Below are positions 46,313-55,372 of a DNA stretch of 64,000 nucleotides, piece after piece. The DNA is taken from IMG/VR virus record IMGVR_UViG_3300046517_002960, positions 32,001 to 96,000 of that record; one strand, given 5' to 3'. The stretch is from a virus. The notes under the pieces are model-generated. The model saw only the letters and a program-made list of their open reading frames with translations. It was not told the origin of the DNA and did not search any database. Made by a program: the position numbers and the translations under genes. How positions within the stretch are numbered: the first letter of the stretch is position 1; every line of letters starts with the position of its first letter.

Positions 46313-46867
46313 ATGCCGCGCGTCGTGATCAGGGACGAGCACGTCGACTACGAGATCGACGGCGACGTTATCGCCGGCGGGCCGGATCACCCGGTCAGCA
46401 CCGCCCTGGACGCCCGGCAGCGGCAGCGCGCCCGCTGGATGGAAGCCACCCTGTACCGCAAGATCGACGGCACCTACGTGCTGCACCAGGTGAACCATTC
46501 CCTGGTCTGGCACCTGATCGACGGCGGGGGCCATGTCCGCAAGCCGCGCGAGACGCCGTGGAGCAAGCTGCCCCGCGGCGCGGTGTACTGCGGGTTCCTG
46601 CCGCCCCGGGAGCACCGCGAGCAGTGCCCGCCCGGAGGCCGCCGCGGGCCGCGCGGTGCAGGCCCGGTCGTGCTGACCGAGATGCCCCAGCACAAGGTGT
46701 CTCACCACCCGGACCCCCAGTCGGTGATCCGGGTGGTGACCATGGCCCGGCACGGCGACGGCGGCACGTCCGCGGCGGTGTCCGAGCCGATGCGCGAGCT
46801 GCTGCGCCAGGCCGCGGAGAACGACCCGGCGTTCACGTCCGGCGCCCGGCCCGTCATCCGGATGTAG
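46313..46867 (+). CDS. hypothetical protein
   Basis: First gene after the divergence point; RBS gggagag. Confidence 0.7.
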   Translation: MPRVVIRDEHVDYEIDGDVIAGGPDHPVSTALDARQRQRARWMEATLYRKIDGTYVLHQVNHSLVWHLIDGGGHVRKPRETPWSKLPRGAVYCGFLPPREHREQCPPGGRRGPRGAGPVVLTEMPQHKVSHHPDPQSVIRVVTMARHGDGGTSAAVSEPMRELLRQAAENDPAFTSGARPVIRM

Positions 46868-46918
46868 CCGCGGACGCTACAGCCGTCGCGGTCCCGGCCC
46901 CGGGAAGGAACATACGTC

Positions 46919-47086
46919 ATGGTGAGGACCTGGCACATTGACGGCACGCCCTGCTATCACCGCGCGCACGGGTGCGGGCAGTTCTGGCCGCCCCGGCTGC
47001 AGGCCGAGATGGACGGCTGGCACATACGGCGGGCAGCCCTGGCCCGTATCCGCGGGAATATCCCGTGCCGCAACGCTGTCACGTAG
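46919..47086 (+). CDS. small hypothetical protein (55 aa)
   Basis: RBS aaggaa. Confidence 0.45.
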   Translation: MVRTWHIDGTPCYHRAHGCGQFWPPRLQAEMDGWHIRRAALARIRGNIPCRNAVT

Positions 47087-47090
47087 ACTG
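47076..47090 (+). promoter_or_regulatory. promoter motif CTGTCACGTAGACTG
   Basis: 13/15 match to the recurrent motif; followed by palindrome GCTGTAATACAGC and an RBS. Confidence 0.6.
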
Positions 47091-47127
47091 CAAGGGACAG
47101 CTGTAATACAGCAGATCAGGAGATCAC

Positions 47128-47619
47128 ATGGAAGACCGCGCAGAGCGCACGGAAGCAGAGCGCACGGAGCACATCAAGGCACTGATGGGTGAGCGGGTCA
47201 CCGTGACCAACCCGGACGTCTCCGGGGCCAGCTGGACGGGGACGCTGACCGGGCGCTACGACGAGCCGGTGCTGGTCCTCGAGATGCCGGACGGCTCCAG
47301 CCGGGCACTGCCCCAGCGGTTCACCCTCGCCCCGGCAGAGCCTGACGGGAAGCCGGGCGACGAGGAGATCCTGGCCCGCCTGCAGGACGAGCTGCCGGAG
47401 ATCGCCGAGATGGTCGTGGAAGTGAGCCGCCCGGCCTGCGTTAACTGCCAGGCCTGCGTGGCGCTTGCCGACATGCGCGCCGCACTGCGCTGCGTGCTGC
47501 TGCCCTGGCTGGAAGAACAGGCTGAGCCCGCGACCGCCCGGCGGCTCCGCAACGACTTCGAAACCCGCCTCGATGAGCTCGAGGACCTGATCGACGGCGT
47601 CTGCGAGGCAGGCGGCTAG
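47128..47619 (+). CDS. hypothetical protein
   Basis: RBS gatcaggaga. Confidence 0.7.
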   Translation: MEDRAERTEAERTEHIKALMGERVTVTNPDVSGASWTGTLTGRYDEPVLVLEMPDGSSRALPQRFTLAPAEPDGKPGDEEILARLQDELPEIAEMVVEVSRPACVNCQACVALADMRAALRCVLLPWLEEQAEPATARRLRNDFETRLDELEDLIDGVCEAGG

Positions 47620-47691
47620 CCTCTCAGGACAGGCAAGGTCCCTGGCGAGGAGGATCCTGTGCCAGGCAGAGAAGAACAGGAGACCGGACGT

Positions 47692-48228
47692 ATGCCCGCG
47701 AGCGCCCAGGTTAAAGACAAGCCCGCCAGGACCCGCAGGAGCGGGAAGAAAACCGCGTCTTCCGCGCTGTCCCGAGCGGGTGGCGCGCCGCCGCCGCCGA
47801 GGCTGAGCGACGAGGTTATCGCCTACCTGGACCAGCTGTACGCCGCCAACCCCGCCCAGGTGATCTGCCTGGGTTACGGGCACCAGTGGCCGGTGCTGAT
47901 CCCCGGCCGCGGCAGGCCGCGAGGCTGGTCCTCGCACTGGCTCGGCAGCCGGGTGTTCGGCATCGAGGAAGACTGCCTCCGCGACGAGCTCGGCGACGGC
48001 AGCACCTGCGAGACGACCCGGGTGTCGAACACCACCGCCCGCGGCATCTTCCTGGACCGCGGCGTGCACCGCCAGTACAAGCGCGGCGAGCACTGGCGGA
48101 TCCGCCCGGAGCGCAGCAGGATCACCCGGCTGGACATCATCGACTACCTCACCTGGACGATGGGCGACGTGCTGTTCGACGGCGGCCAGCCTGAGACGGG
48201 CGACGTGAGCGACCGGGGGCTGGCGTGA
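47692..48228 (+). CDS. hypothetical protein
   Basis: RBS gaacaggagac. Confidence 0.65.
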   Translation: MPASAQVKDKPARTRRSGKKTASSALSRAGGAPPPPRLSDEVIAYLDQLYAANPAQVICLGYGHQWPVLIPGRGRPRGWSSHWLGSRVFGIEEDCLRDELGDGSTCETTRVSNTTARGIFLDRGVHRQYKRGEHWRIRPERSRITRLDIIDYLTWTMGDVLFDGGQPETGDVSDRGLA

Positions 48229-48497
48229 CCACGGGAGAACGCAAGCGCACCTGCCAGTCTCCGGGAACCGAACCGGGGCGGCAGCACTGCGGCGCGCCCG
48301 CCGTGTTCAGCGTGCTGCGGCGCGACTTCGACCCGGTGCGCCCGAGCCCGCGCGACGGCTACGACTGCTGCGAGGCGCACCTGGGCCGCGTCATCCGCGA
48401 AGTCGATGAGATGGCAGCGCCGGGTTACGTCGTGCACGTCACGGTGATCGCCAGCGTCGCTGAGAAGGAAGCCCGCGCCCAGGCGGCAGAAGCATGA
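48225..48497 (+). CDS. Cys-containing hypothetical protein
   Basis: GTGA overlap. Confidence 0.55.
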   Translation: MTTGERKRTCQSPGTEPGRQHCGAPAVFSVLRRDFDPVRPSPRDGYDCCEAHLGRVIREVDEMAAPGYVVHVTVIASVAEKEARAQAAEA

Positions 48498-48563
48498 GCG
48501 GTGCAGGCAGGAAGCGCATGAACGCGGATATACGGACCCGCCCCGGCGGAACCGGAGGCAGTC

Positions 48564-48857
48564 ATGAGGAACCCCGCGGAAAACCTGGCAGACGCGATCC
48601 GGGAACAGCTGGGCGGATTCGTCCCGCAGGATGCCGGGGAGCTGGACCTGTTTTTCGAGAACTTGCCCCAGGTTTTCAGCACGCTGGGCCAGCAGCTGGG
48701 CCAGCTCGCGCCCCACCTGGCGGACCGTGACTGGATCAGCGATACGACGGCGGAGCAGCTGCACCAGCTGGCAGGAGACTGCACCGCTTCCTGCCAGCTG
48801 GCGGTAGCCGCCCGGGAATCCCACGCGACCGGACCCGCCGCGTTCTGGCGGCGCTGA
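48564..48857 (+). CDS. helical hypothetical protein
   Basis: RBS ggagg. Confidence 0.65.
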   Translation: MRNPAENLADAIREQLGGFVPQDAGELDLFFENLPQVFSTLGQQLGQLAPHLADRDWISDTTAEQLHQLAGDCTASCQLAVAARESHATGPAAFWRR

Positions 48858-48867
48858 GGAGCCGGAG

Positions 48868-49257
48868 GTGATCATGAGTACTGACCAGAACAGCCGCACC
48901 CTGGCCCAGCTGCAGGATGACGCCGCGCTGAACGCCGATGTGGACCGGAACCGGTTCGCCGTGCCCGCCATCCGCCGGATTGTCGCCGAGGCCTGGATGG
49001 GCGGCCGGGCGGAGGTGAAGGCTGAATCGGCCGTGCCGGACGGCAGCTGGCAGGAAGCGCTGAACTGGCTCAAGGCGTGCCTCCAGGGCTATGACTACCT
49101 GCTGATCGAGCCGGAAGAAGGCCTGGCAGCCTGGCAGGAAGCTCGCGCCCGTGGCGAGCAGCGCATCATCGCTGCCTGTGCGAGAGTTGCCGCGCTGGCC
49201 GGACTGACGGAGGACCAGGCACAGCTCCTCGCGAAACTTGCGGAGCCGCAGTTATGA
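48868..49257 (+). CDS. hypothetical protein; last sense codon is TTA
   Basis: RBS ggaggtg; ends CAG TTA TGA. Confidence 0.65.
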   Translation: MIMSTDQNSRTLAQLQDDAALNADVDRNRFAVPAIRRIVAEAWMGGRAEVKAESAVPDGSWQEALNWLKACLQGYDYLLIEPEEGLAAWQEARARGEQRIIAACARVAALAGLTEDQAQLLAKLAEPQL

Positions 49258-49631
49258 CCGGGGACGACCCGTACGAGCTGGCCGTGGTGCTGGACGACCT
49301 GACGGCAAACCAGGAAGACGGCATGACGCCGGAGGAGGCGTATGAGCGGCTGGGCGAGCTGCACGAGGCGACCGGCGCCGACTTCGGCATCAGGCTGACC
49401 GTGAGCGCGCACGTGGCGTGGAACGCCGAGGTGCGGGTCACCCCTAAGCCGCACGACCCGGGCACCTCCGACCGCAGCTATGTCACGTTCCGGCACGGCC
49501 CGGCGGAATGGGCGCTGTGCCAGGCCGTGCTGGACGCGCTCCGCTGGCTGGCGCAGGATAAACCCGCGTACACCGATGAGCCGTGCCTGGACTGCACAGA
49601 CGACGATGACCCGGAAGGAACCCCGTCATGA
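49254..49631 (+). CDS. hypothetical protein
   Basis: ATGA overlap. Confidence 0.65.
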   Translation: MTGDDPYELAVVLDDLTANQEDGMTPEEAYERLGELHEATGADFGIRLTVSAHVAWNAEVRVTPKPHDPGTSDRSYVTFRHGPAEWALCQAVLDALRWLAQDKPAYTDEPCLDCTDDDDPEGTPS

Positions 49632-49676
49632 TCCCGGATCCTGACGGCAACCCTCCGCAGATCAGGGGGTGACGGC

Positions 49677-50210
49677 ATGACGACCAGGATGCAGTTCATC
49701 ACGACGGATGACCTGGACGAGTTCGACAGCGGCGGCAAGGTGCTCAACGACATCGGCGACGACGGCGAGACGGTCGTCTTCTCGGTCGGCGGGCACGTCC
49801 GCGAGCTGCACCTGACGGCGGTCCACGCGAAAGAATTCCGCGCCGTGATGGCGCGGTACGTGGCCGCCGGGCACGAGCCGGGGCAGCAGCCGCTGCCGCC
49901 CGCGGGCGACCGCCCGCCGCCGCGCAAGGGCCAGGGCCGCCGCCGGGAGATCCCCGGCACCCGGGACTTCTACCGGGCCATGCGCGACTTCGCCGCGGAG
50001 CACGGGATCGAGGTGCCCCTGGCGGGCCGGGATGACGACAAGAAGAACTACGTCTACACCGACGAGCTGAAGCGCAGGTACCTGAGCGACCTGCAGCGGC
50101 TGGCCGGCGACCGCAGGGACGGCGGCGGCGCAGCCGCGCAGCTGGCCATGGCGGGACAGCTCGGCCTGATCACGGGCGTACCATCAGGAACACAGCGCGC
50201 TCCGGGGTAG
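49677..50210 (+). CDS. lsr2: Lsr2-like nucleoid-associated protein
   Basis: TDDLD..ETVVFSVGG..ELHL..AKEFR..YVAAG; C-terminal MRDFAAEHGIEV. Confidence 0.7.
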   Translation: MTTRMQFITTDDLDEFDSGGKVLNDIGDDGETVVFSVGGHVRELHLTAVHAKEFRAVMARYVAAGHEPGQQPLPPAGDRPPPRKGQGRRREIPGTRDFYRAMRDFAAEHGIEVPLAGRDDDKKNYVYTDELKRRYLSDLQRLAGDRRDGGGAAAQLAMAGQLGLITGVPSGTQRAPG

Positions 50211-50290
50211 TTGATACCTGTGTGGGAAGTACCACGGGAGTATCATGCGGTCAACCGCACCTTCCCTTACCGACATGACGGAGCGAGAAG

Positions 50291-50953
50291 ATGAGCACCA
50301 TGACGGAGGCGCGGCCAGCCAGGCCGGCCCGTACCGACATCCGCCGGCCGGCGTCGGGGATCGTCATCGACCCGGCCGGCCTGACCTGGTGGCGGGATCG
50401 CCGCGCGATGTCCCGCCAGGACCTGTCCGACATGATCACTGTGCTGTGGCTGGACGGCCACCCGGACGCGCTGGCGTTCTGGCACGCCGCCGGGCCGCCC
50501 GGTGACGGGCATGCCGCCGCGCCGCCGCGCCCGGTTCCGGGCAGCACGGCCGATCCCCGGGTCTGCACGGTGTGCGGCGCCAAGATCAAGGGCGGCCTGA
50601 CCCGCGACGGGATCGCCAAGATAGAGCACCCCGATCCCGCCCGCGGCAGGCGGCCGAAAGCCCGCACCCTGCGGGCGCTGTGCGCGGCGCTGAGCACCAG
50701 TGACGAACCGGTCCTGCCCAGGCACCTGCAGCCAGGCGGGCCTGAGCTGCCGCTGTCCGCCGCCGCCCAGGACCGGCAGGCCCGCAAGTACTACAACGAC
50801 GCCATGGTCGGTTTCGCGGACGCGCTGGGCCGGCCGGAACTTTACACCAACAGCGCGGGCCGGCGGTATTACAGTAAGGAACTGCGCGAGATGTACGAGC
50901 AGTACCTGGCGCAGACCCGGGCCGGGACAGGCAGCACGGCCCGCGTGGCGTAG
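50291..50953 (+). CDS. XRE-like HTH protein with insertion and Lsr2-like C-terminal domain
   Basis: LTWWRDRRAMSRQDLS..TRDGIAKIE..PKARTLRALCAAL. Confidence 0.65.
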   Translation: MSTMTEARPARPARTDIRRPASGIVIDPAGLTWWRDRRAMSRQDLSDMITVLWLDGHPDALAFWHAAGPPGDGHAAAPPRPVPGSTADPRVCTVCGAKIKGGLTRDGIAKIEHPDPARGRRPKARTLRALCAALSTSDEPVLPRHLQPGGPELPLSAAAQDRQARKYYNDAMVGFADALGRPELYTNSAGRRYYSKELREMYEQYLAQTRAGTGSTARVA

Positions 50954-50999
50954 CCCCGCCCGCCGCCCCGGCATCACGCAGCCGGCACCAGGAGGATCC

Positions 51000-51134
51000 G
51001 TGGGATATATCGGCGAGGATGAGGACACGGAGGAGATCGTGTTCGAGCCGCTGGACGAGCCCGTCCCGGACGGGATGCCGGCCGAGCCCGTGACCCCGCT
51101 GCCGGCCCGGCCCGCGCAGCCGGTCCCGGTCTAG
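51000..51134 (+). CDS. small acidic Pro-rich peptide (44 aa)
   Basis: RBS aggagg; YIGEDEDTEEIVFEPLDEP. Confidence 0.6.
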   Translation: MGYIGEDEDTEEIVFEPLDEPVPDGMPAEPVTPLPARPAQPVPV

Positions 51135-51139
51135 CGCCC

Positions 51140-52291
51140 GTGACCCCGCAGGAACAGCAGGCTGCGAAAGAGGCCGCCAAGAGGGTCACCGCCAGCCTGG
51201 CCTACATCGCCCGCCGGTACGGCCGCCTGACGGACGCGACCGCCCAGGCGACCGCGTACATGCAGCAGGTCAGCCACGCGTGGTACGCCGCGGGTGGCAG
51301 CGTCTCCCCCGGCAGCGGGCAGGACGCGAGCACGGGCCTGGCTCAGGTCCCGGGGGTTGCCTGGGGCTCAGCGGGCGGGAGCGCCGCGGGCAGCGTGACC
51401 CTGAGCGGCGGCGGAAGCGCCAGCCCCGGTCCGGGCGGCGGGGGCGGCGGGTTCACGCAGGTCCCGGGGGTTGCCTGGGGCAGTGCGGGCGGGAGCACGG
51501 CCAGCGCGAGCCTGGCTGGCGGTGCCTCGCGGAAGACAGCTCCCCGCATTGCCTCGGACGGGTTCAGCGATACCGAGCCCCCGGTCGTCGCCGGCTCCGT
51601 CACCGGTTACCGGTGGTGGACGCTTGCCGCCCCGGACCTGGCCGGCAACCCGCTGGAAGCCGACCGGTACTGGGACCCGGAGCGCGCGGCCAGGCTGCGC
51701 GGGGCCTGGGCCGCCTGGCAGCCGGGCGTCAACTTCGCGCAGTGCCTGGCCTACCAGGGCGCGGCGGCAGGCCATGACCCGGCACTTCTTCCGGCTAAAG
51801 GCTGCGGCTGCGGGTTCTGGGCGTACTGGGGCCTGCAGCAGTCCTCGCTGACCCGGCCCGGCACGCTGCCGGTGTTCGGCGTCATCAAGGGTTTCGGCCG
51901 GACCCGGACCGGCGCGCACGGCTTCCGCGTCGCCAAGGCCCGGATCCTGGCCGTGCACCTGCCGCTGGTCATCGGGAACCGGCAGCACATGCTGGACGAG
52001 CTGGCCCGTCGTGAGGCCGTCCGCCGGGCGATGTTCACCGGCCGGGTGATCAATGTCGGCACGGACCACGTGCCCGGGCCGCTGGGCGGCGCTCTCCCGG
52101 CGCCGGAACCGGTGCCCGAGCCGCCGCCGGAGGAGATCGCCGCGGACGAGGCCCGGGGCGAGGCGTGGCTGGCGGTGATCGGCGACCGGATCGAGCAGGC
52201 CTACCCCGGCGTCCGCGTGTTCGAGACGCGCGACGCGCTGCTGAAGACCTTCCCGCCGGACGCGGTGTACGGGCGGGGACAGCAGGCGTGA
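51140..52291 (+). CDS. hypothetical protein (GYRWW..AQC..H..CGCGFWA family)
   Basis: Conserved-looking Cys/His motif; internal QVPGVAWGSAGGS duplication. Confidence 0.7.
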   Translation: MTPQEQQAAKEAAKRVTASLAYIARRYGRLTDATAQATAYMQQVSHAWYAAGGSVSPGSGQDASTGLAQVPGVAWGSAGGSAAGSVTLSGGGSASPGPGGGGGGFTQVPGVAWGSAGGSTASASLAGGASRKTAPRIASDGFSDTEPPVVAGSVTGYRWWTLAAPDLAGNPLEADRYWDPERAARLRGAWAAWQPGVNFAQCLAYQGAAAGHDPALLPAKGCGCGFWAYWGLQQSSLTRPGTLPVFGVIKGFGRTRTGAHGFRVAKARILAVHLPLVIGNRQHMLDELARREAVRRAMFTGRVINVGTDHVPGPLGGALPAPEPVPEPPPEEIAADEARGEAWLAVIGDRIEQAYPGVRVFETRDALLKTFPPDAVYGRGQQA

Positions 52292-52449
52292 TCCTCATCT
52301 TCGCCCTGGCCGGCGCTAGCGTCGTGCTCGTCATCGCCGGGCTGGCGTACGCGCTGTACGACGCGAGCAGGCCGCAGCGCCCCCGTTTATGTAAGTACGG
52401 AAACCCTGGTCAGAGCCTATGTTTAGCTAACATGTTTGACAATGTTTAA
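52288..52449 (+). CDS. small membrane protein with two TTA codons
   Basis: GTGA overlap; N-terminal TM; TTA at 52387 and 52423. Confidence 0.45.
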   Translation: MILIFALAGASVVLVIAGLAYALYDASRPQRPRLCKYGNPGQSLCLANMFDNV

Positions 52450-52464
52450 TCTGTCATGTATACT
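52436..52464 (+). promoter_or_regulatory. consensus sigma70/HrdB promoter TTGACA-N17-TATACT
   Basis: Exact hexamers and spacing. Confidence 0.85.
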
Positions 52465-52576
52465 GCGGAGGTACAGCGCTCTAGGCTGGGCGCAGAGCAG
52501 GAGACAGGTACATGGCTCTTTCAGGGCAGGACAAGGCCGCGCTGCGGGCGCAGGACGAGGTGACCCGGAGGCAGCC

Positions 52577-52823
52577 GTGAGGTTCTGGCGCGGCAACCGG
52601 GCCGACGCGGAATTCAGCGCGGATCCCGCTGATGTGGCCATGCCGCTGGACCGGTGCCTACGCGTACGACGGCGCCATGCCGCTGGACCGGTGCCTGCGC
52701 GGCTTCCTGACCGACCCGGCCGGCTTCAACGCGGTCTGGGACGAGCCGGACTACGAGGCCCTGTTCGCCGCGGTGCTGGCCGCCTGGCCCGGCGAGCCCC
52801 CGCGCCCCGGATTCCCGGGCTGA
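52577..52823 (+). pseudogene. small gene interrupted by a 37-nt insertion with 23-nt duplication
   Basis: GCCATGCCGCTGGACCGGTGCCT at 52637 and 52674; frame shifts. Confidence 0.5.
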
Positions 52824-52943
52824 CCTGACTTTTATGCACGTGTGAATGCAAATTACCGTTGCACGTGCATTGTCGGGTAGACTGTATAGGACAGCGAAGG
52901 ACAAAGAACTTCGCGCATCAGGATCACGATCAGGAGACAGTAC

Positions 52944-53393
52944 ATGAAAATCCGCACCATGCTCTATGCCGCTGCAGCCCCCGCCGTCCTGGCGGTCTCG
53001 CTGCTCGGCGCCACCGCCGCGTCCGCGTCGACCGGCCCCGGCTCGTTCAGCGTCGCCGGCACCACGCCGGGCAACAGCTCGCTGGTCAAGGCCACGTTCA
53101 GCTACGGCGACCCGGTGTTCGGGAACGTCATCTGCCAGGAGGTTCACCACCAGAACCGTACCCAGGACTTCGACAGCGTGAGCTGCCAGACCCCTGACGG
53201 CGCGGCTCTCGGCGGCGGGTACCAGCCCGGCGTGAGCTACACGGTGCCGTGGATCAGCGACTTCGCTGGTAACCCGAACGGGACGCTCACCGACCTGCCG
53301 AAGCAGCCGGACACCGCGCAGGTCGTCCTGACCTTCGTGCTCGATGCGGCCGGCAACGGCTACACCGGTACCACGTCCAGCTACACCGGCTGA
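52944..53393 (+). CDS. secreted protein
   Basis: Signal peptide MKIRTMLYAAAAPAVLAVSLLGATAASA; RBS gatcaggagac. Confidence 0.8.
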   Translation: MKIRTMLYAAAAPAVLAVSLLGATAASASTGPGSFSVAGTTPGNSSLVKATFSYGDPVFGNVICQEVHHQNRTQDFDSVSCQTPDGAALGGGYQPGVSYTVPWISDFAGNPNGTLTDLPKQPDTAQVVLTFVLDAAGNGYTGTTSSYTG

Positions 53394-53402
53394 CCCGGAC
53401 TG

Positions 53403-53442
53403 CCCGCGCCGTCCGGGGGAGCGAGGGGGAGGGCGGCGCGGG
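53403..53442 (+). terminator. stem-loop after the secreted protein gene
   Basis: cccgcgccgtcc / gggcggcgcggg. Confidence 0.55.
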
Positions 53443-53589
53443 TACTTCTCAGGTAAGCAGCGCCCGGCTCGCGGATCAGCTTCCGCGGGCCGGGCGTTTG
53501 CATGCCCGGCCTAAAGAACACAGCCTTCCGCGGGAATGTCACCGCCCGCCTTTACCCTGGCGGCAGCCAGCTTCCCGCAGGAGAGAGAA

Positions 53590-53650
53590 ACCAGCTGTGT
53601 GCGTGGAATTTGACGCACACAGCTGGTCGGGCATAAGCTGTAGGTACAGC
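53590..53650 (+). promoter_or_regulatory. TTGACG-N18-TAAGCT promoter overlapped by a perfect 15-bp inverted repeat
   Basis: ACCAGCTGTGTGCGT-N8-ACGCACACAGCTGGT; GCTGTA-GG-TACAGC downstream. Confidence 0.6.
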
Positions 53651-53698
53651 GGAAGTACGGCAACAGACCGAGAACACCAACGATCAGGAGATCAGCGC

Positions 53699-55024
53699 AT
53701 GTCACAGACCCCCACCATCGAAGCGCGCAACGCCGGGCTTGAAGACATCCTCACCATCCTGCAGGAGCAGCGGGCGCGGCGTCTGGACGTCGTGATCCGC
53801 GAGCGGATGATCGACGCCCTCGGCGGCAAGGTCCTCGTCCGGGCCGGAGACTCCACCCAGTGGGTCACCGAGGACGGCGTCACCTCCGCCGCCGGCGTCT
53901 ACCGGCCCACCGCGGTCGGTGACGAGGGCCTGGCCGCGCTGCTCGGCGTGGACGGCGGCTTCCTGAAGAAGCTGCGCCGGCTCGATCCCGCCCGTACCGA
54001 CATGTGGGATGCCATTGTCAACGGCTTCCTGCACGGCGGTGCCGAGACCATCGACGGCGAGGACCGTAATTACCCGCCGTACGACGGCGCGATCCTGCTC
54101 CGCCTGCTCAAGGGCGACGAAGCACAGACAGACGGCGTGCTGCGCGCTGCGCTGTCGCCCCGGTACAAGATCATCGACAACCTGGATGTGCTGCTCGCCG
54201 TCATGGACGGGCTCCGCAAGGCCGGGGTGAACGCCATCCCGGACGTGTCCGACCTGACCGACCGGCGGATGCACGTCCGGTTCTCCGTCCCGGAGATCGC
54301 CGCCTACGCGCCGCAGCTGCTGGAAGGCTACCGGTCCCCGTTCGACGGCCCTGGCGGGCTCAAGCGGGCCGGCCAGGGCAACCGCCCCGGCATGAAGCTG
54401 GACGTCGGCCACTTCGGCGTCGGCGAGCAGGCCCTGCAGCGCGGGCTGGCCGCCGCCAGGGGCGAGCGCAAGGACTACGCGCCCGGCTCCGAGCCCATCG
54501 TGTTCGCCGGGCTCAAGGTCACCAACTCCGACGTGGGCGAGGGCGCCCGCACGATCGCGCCGGAGATCGTCGTGCAGATCTGCGGCAACCGGCTCACCCT
54601 CACCGCCTCGGCTGACCGGGCCGTGCACCTCGGCCGCCAGCAGGACGAGGGCGTGATCGAGTGGTCCGCCGACACCATGGAGAAGGAGCTGGAGCTCATC
54701 ACCGCCCAGGCCGCTGACGCGGTGCAGACCTTCCTCACGCCCGAGTGGTTTTTCGGCGAGGTGGAGAAGATCGAGGCGCTGGCGGGCAAGCCGGTGGAGC
54801 GGGCCGAGGAGGTCATCAAGGACGTCTCCAGGGCGGCCGGGTTCACGCAGTCCGAGGCGAGCGACATCCTGGCGCATTTCCTGCGCGGCGGGGCCTACAC
54901 CGCCGGCGGGGTGGCCAACGCCGTCACCTCCGTCAGCCAGACCCTGGACAACGCCGACCGCGCTGCCGAGCTGGACGCCAAGGCCGTGCCGGTCATGGCC
55001 CACGCCGCCCGGCTAGCGGGCTAG
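53699..55024 (+). CDS. DUF932-family protein
   Basis: RAALSPRYKIIDN, NSDVG, VQICGN, HLG. Confidence 0.75.
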   Translation: MSQTPTIEARNAGLEDILTILQEQRARRLDVVIRERMIDALGGKVLVRAGDSTQWVTEDGVTSAAGVYRPTAVGDEGLAALLGVDGGFLKKLRRLDPARTDMWDAIVNGFLHGGAETIDGEDRNYPPYDGAILLRLLKGDEAQTDGVLRAALSPRYKIIDNLDVLLAVMDGLRKAGVNAIPDVSDLTDRRMHVRFSVPEIAAYAPQLLEGYRSPFDGPGGLKRAGQGNRPGMKLDVGHFGVGEQALQRGLAAARGERKDYAPGSEPIVFAGLKVTNSDVGEGARTIAPEIVVQICGNRLTLTASADRAVHLGRQQDEGVIEWSADTMEKELELITAQAADAVQTFLTPEWFFGEVEKIEALAGKPVERAEEVIKDVSRAAGFTQSEASDILAHFLRGGAYTAGGVANAVTSVSQTLDNADRAAELDAKAVPVMAHAARLAG

Positions 55025-55028
55025 CCAC

Positions 55029-55066
55029 CTGCCCGGCCCGGGTGCTGCATCACCCGGGCCGGGCAG
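55029..55066 (+). terminator. 16-bp perfect stem-loop
   Basis: ctgcccggcccgggtg / cacccgggccgggcag. Confidence 0.7.
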
Positions 55067-55111
55067 CCCCATCCTGGGTACCATCACAACACTGACGATC
55101 AGGAGACAGCG

Positions 55112-55327
55112 ATGCCCGACCTGGACCTCTCGGACCTGCCGGAGGATGACGACCTGCTGGTCTCGGCCCGGCAGGCCCTGGCTGGCGAGACCACGTACCT
55201 GCACCTGGGCGGCCGGGTGATCGCCGCCATCGTGCCGGAGTACGTGGCGCAGGAGCACGACGAGGACATCAGCGCCGAGGTAGCGGGCGCCGGGGTAGAG
55301 GACGACGCCTCGGCCCTGGCGCCCTGA
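55112..55327 (+). CDS. small acidic protein
   Basis: RBS gatcaggagac. Confidence 0.65.
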   Translation: MPDLDLSDLPEDDDLLVSARQALAGETTYLHLGGRVIAAIVPEYVAQEHDEDISAEVAGAGVEDDASALAP

Positions 55328-55372
55328 CCCTCCGCCCGCAAGCAGGACCAGACACAGATCAGGAGACAGCAG

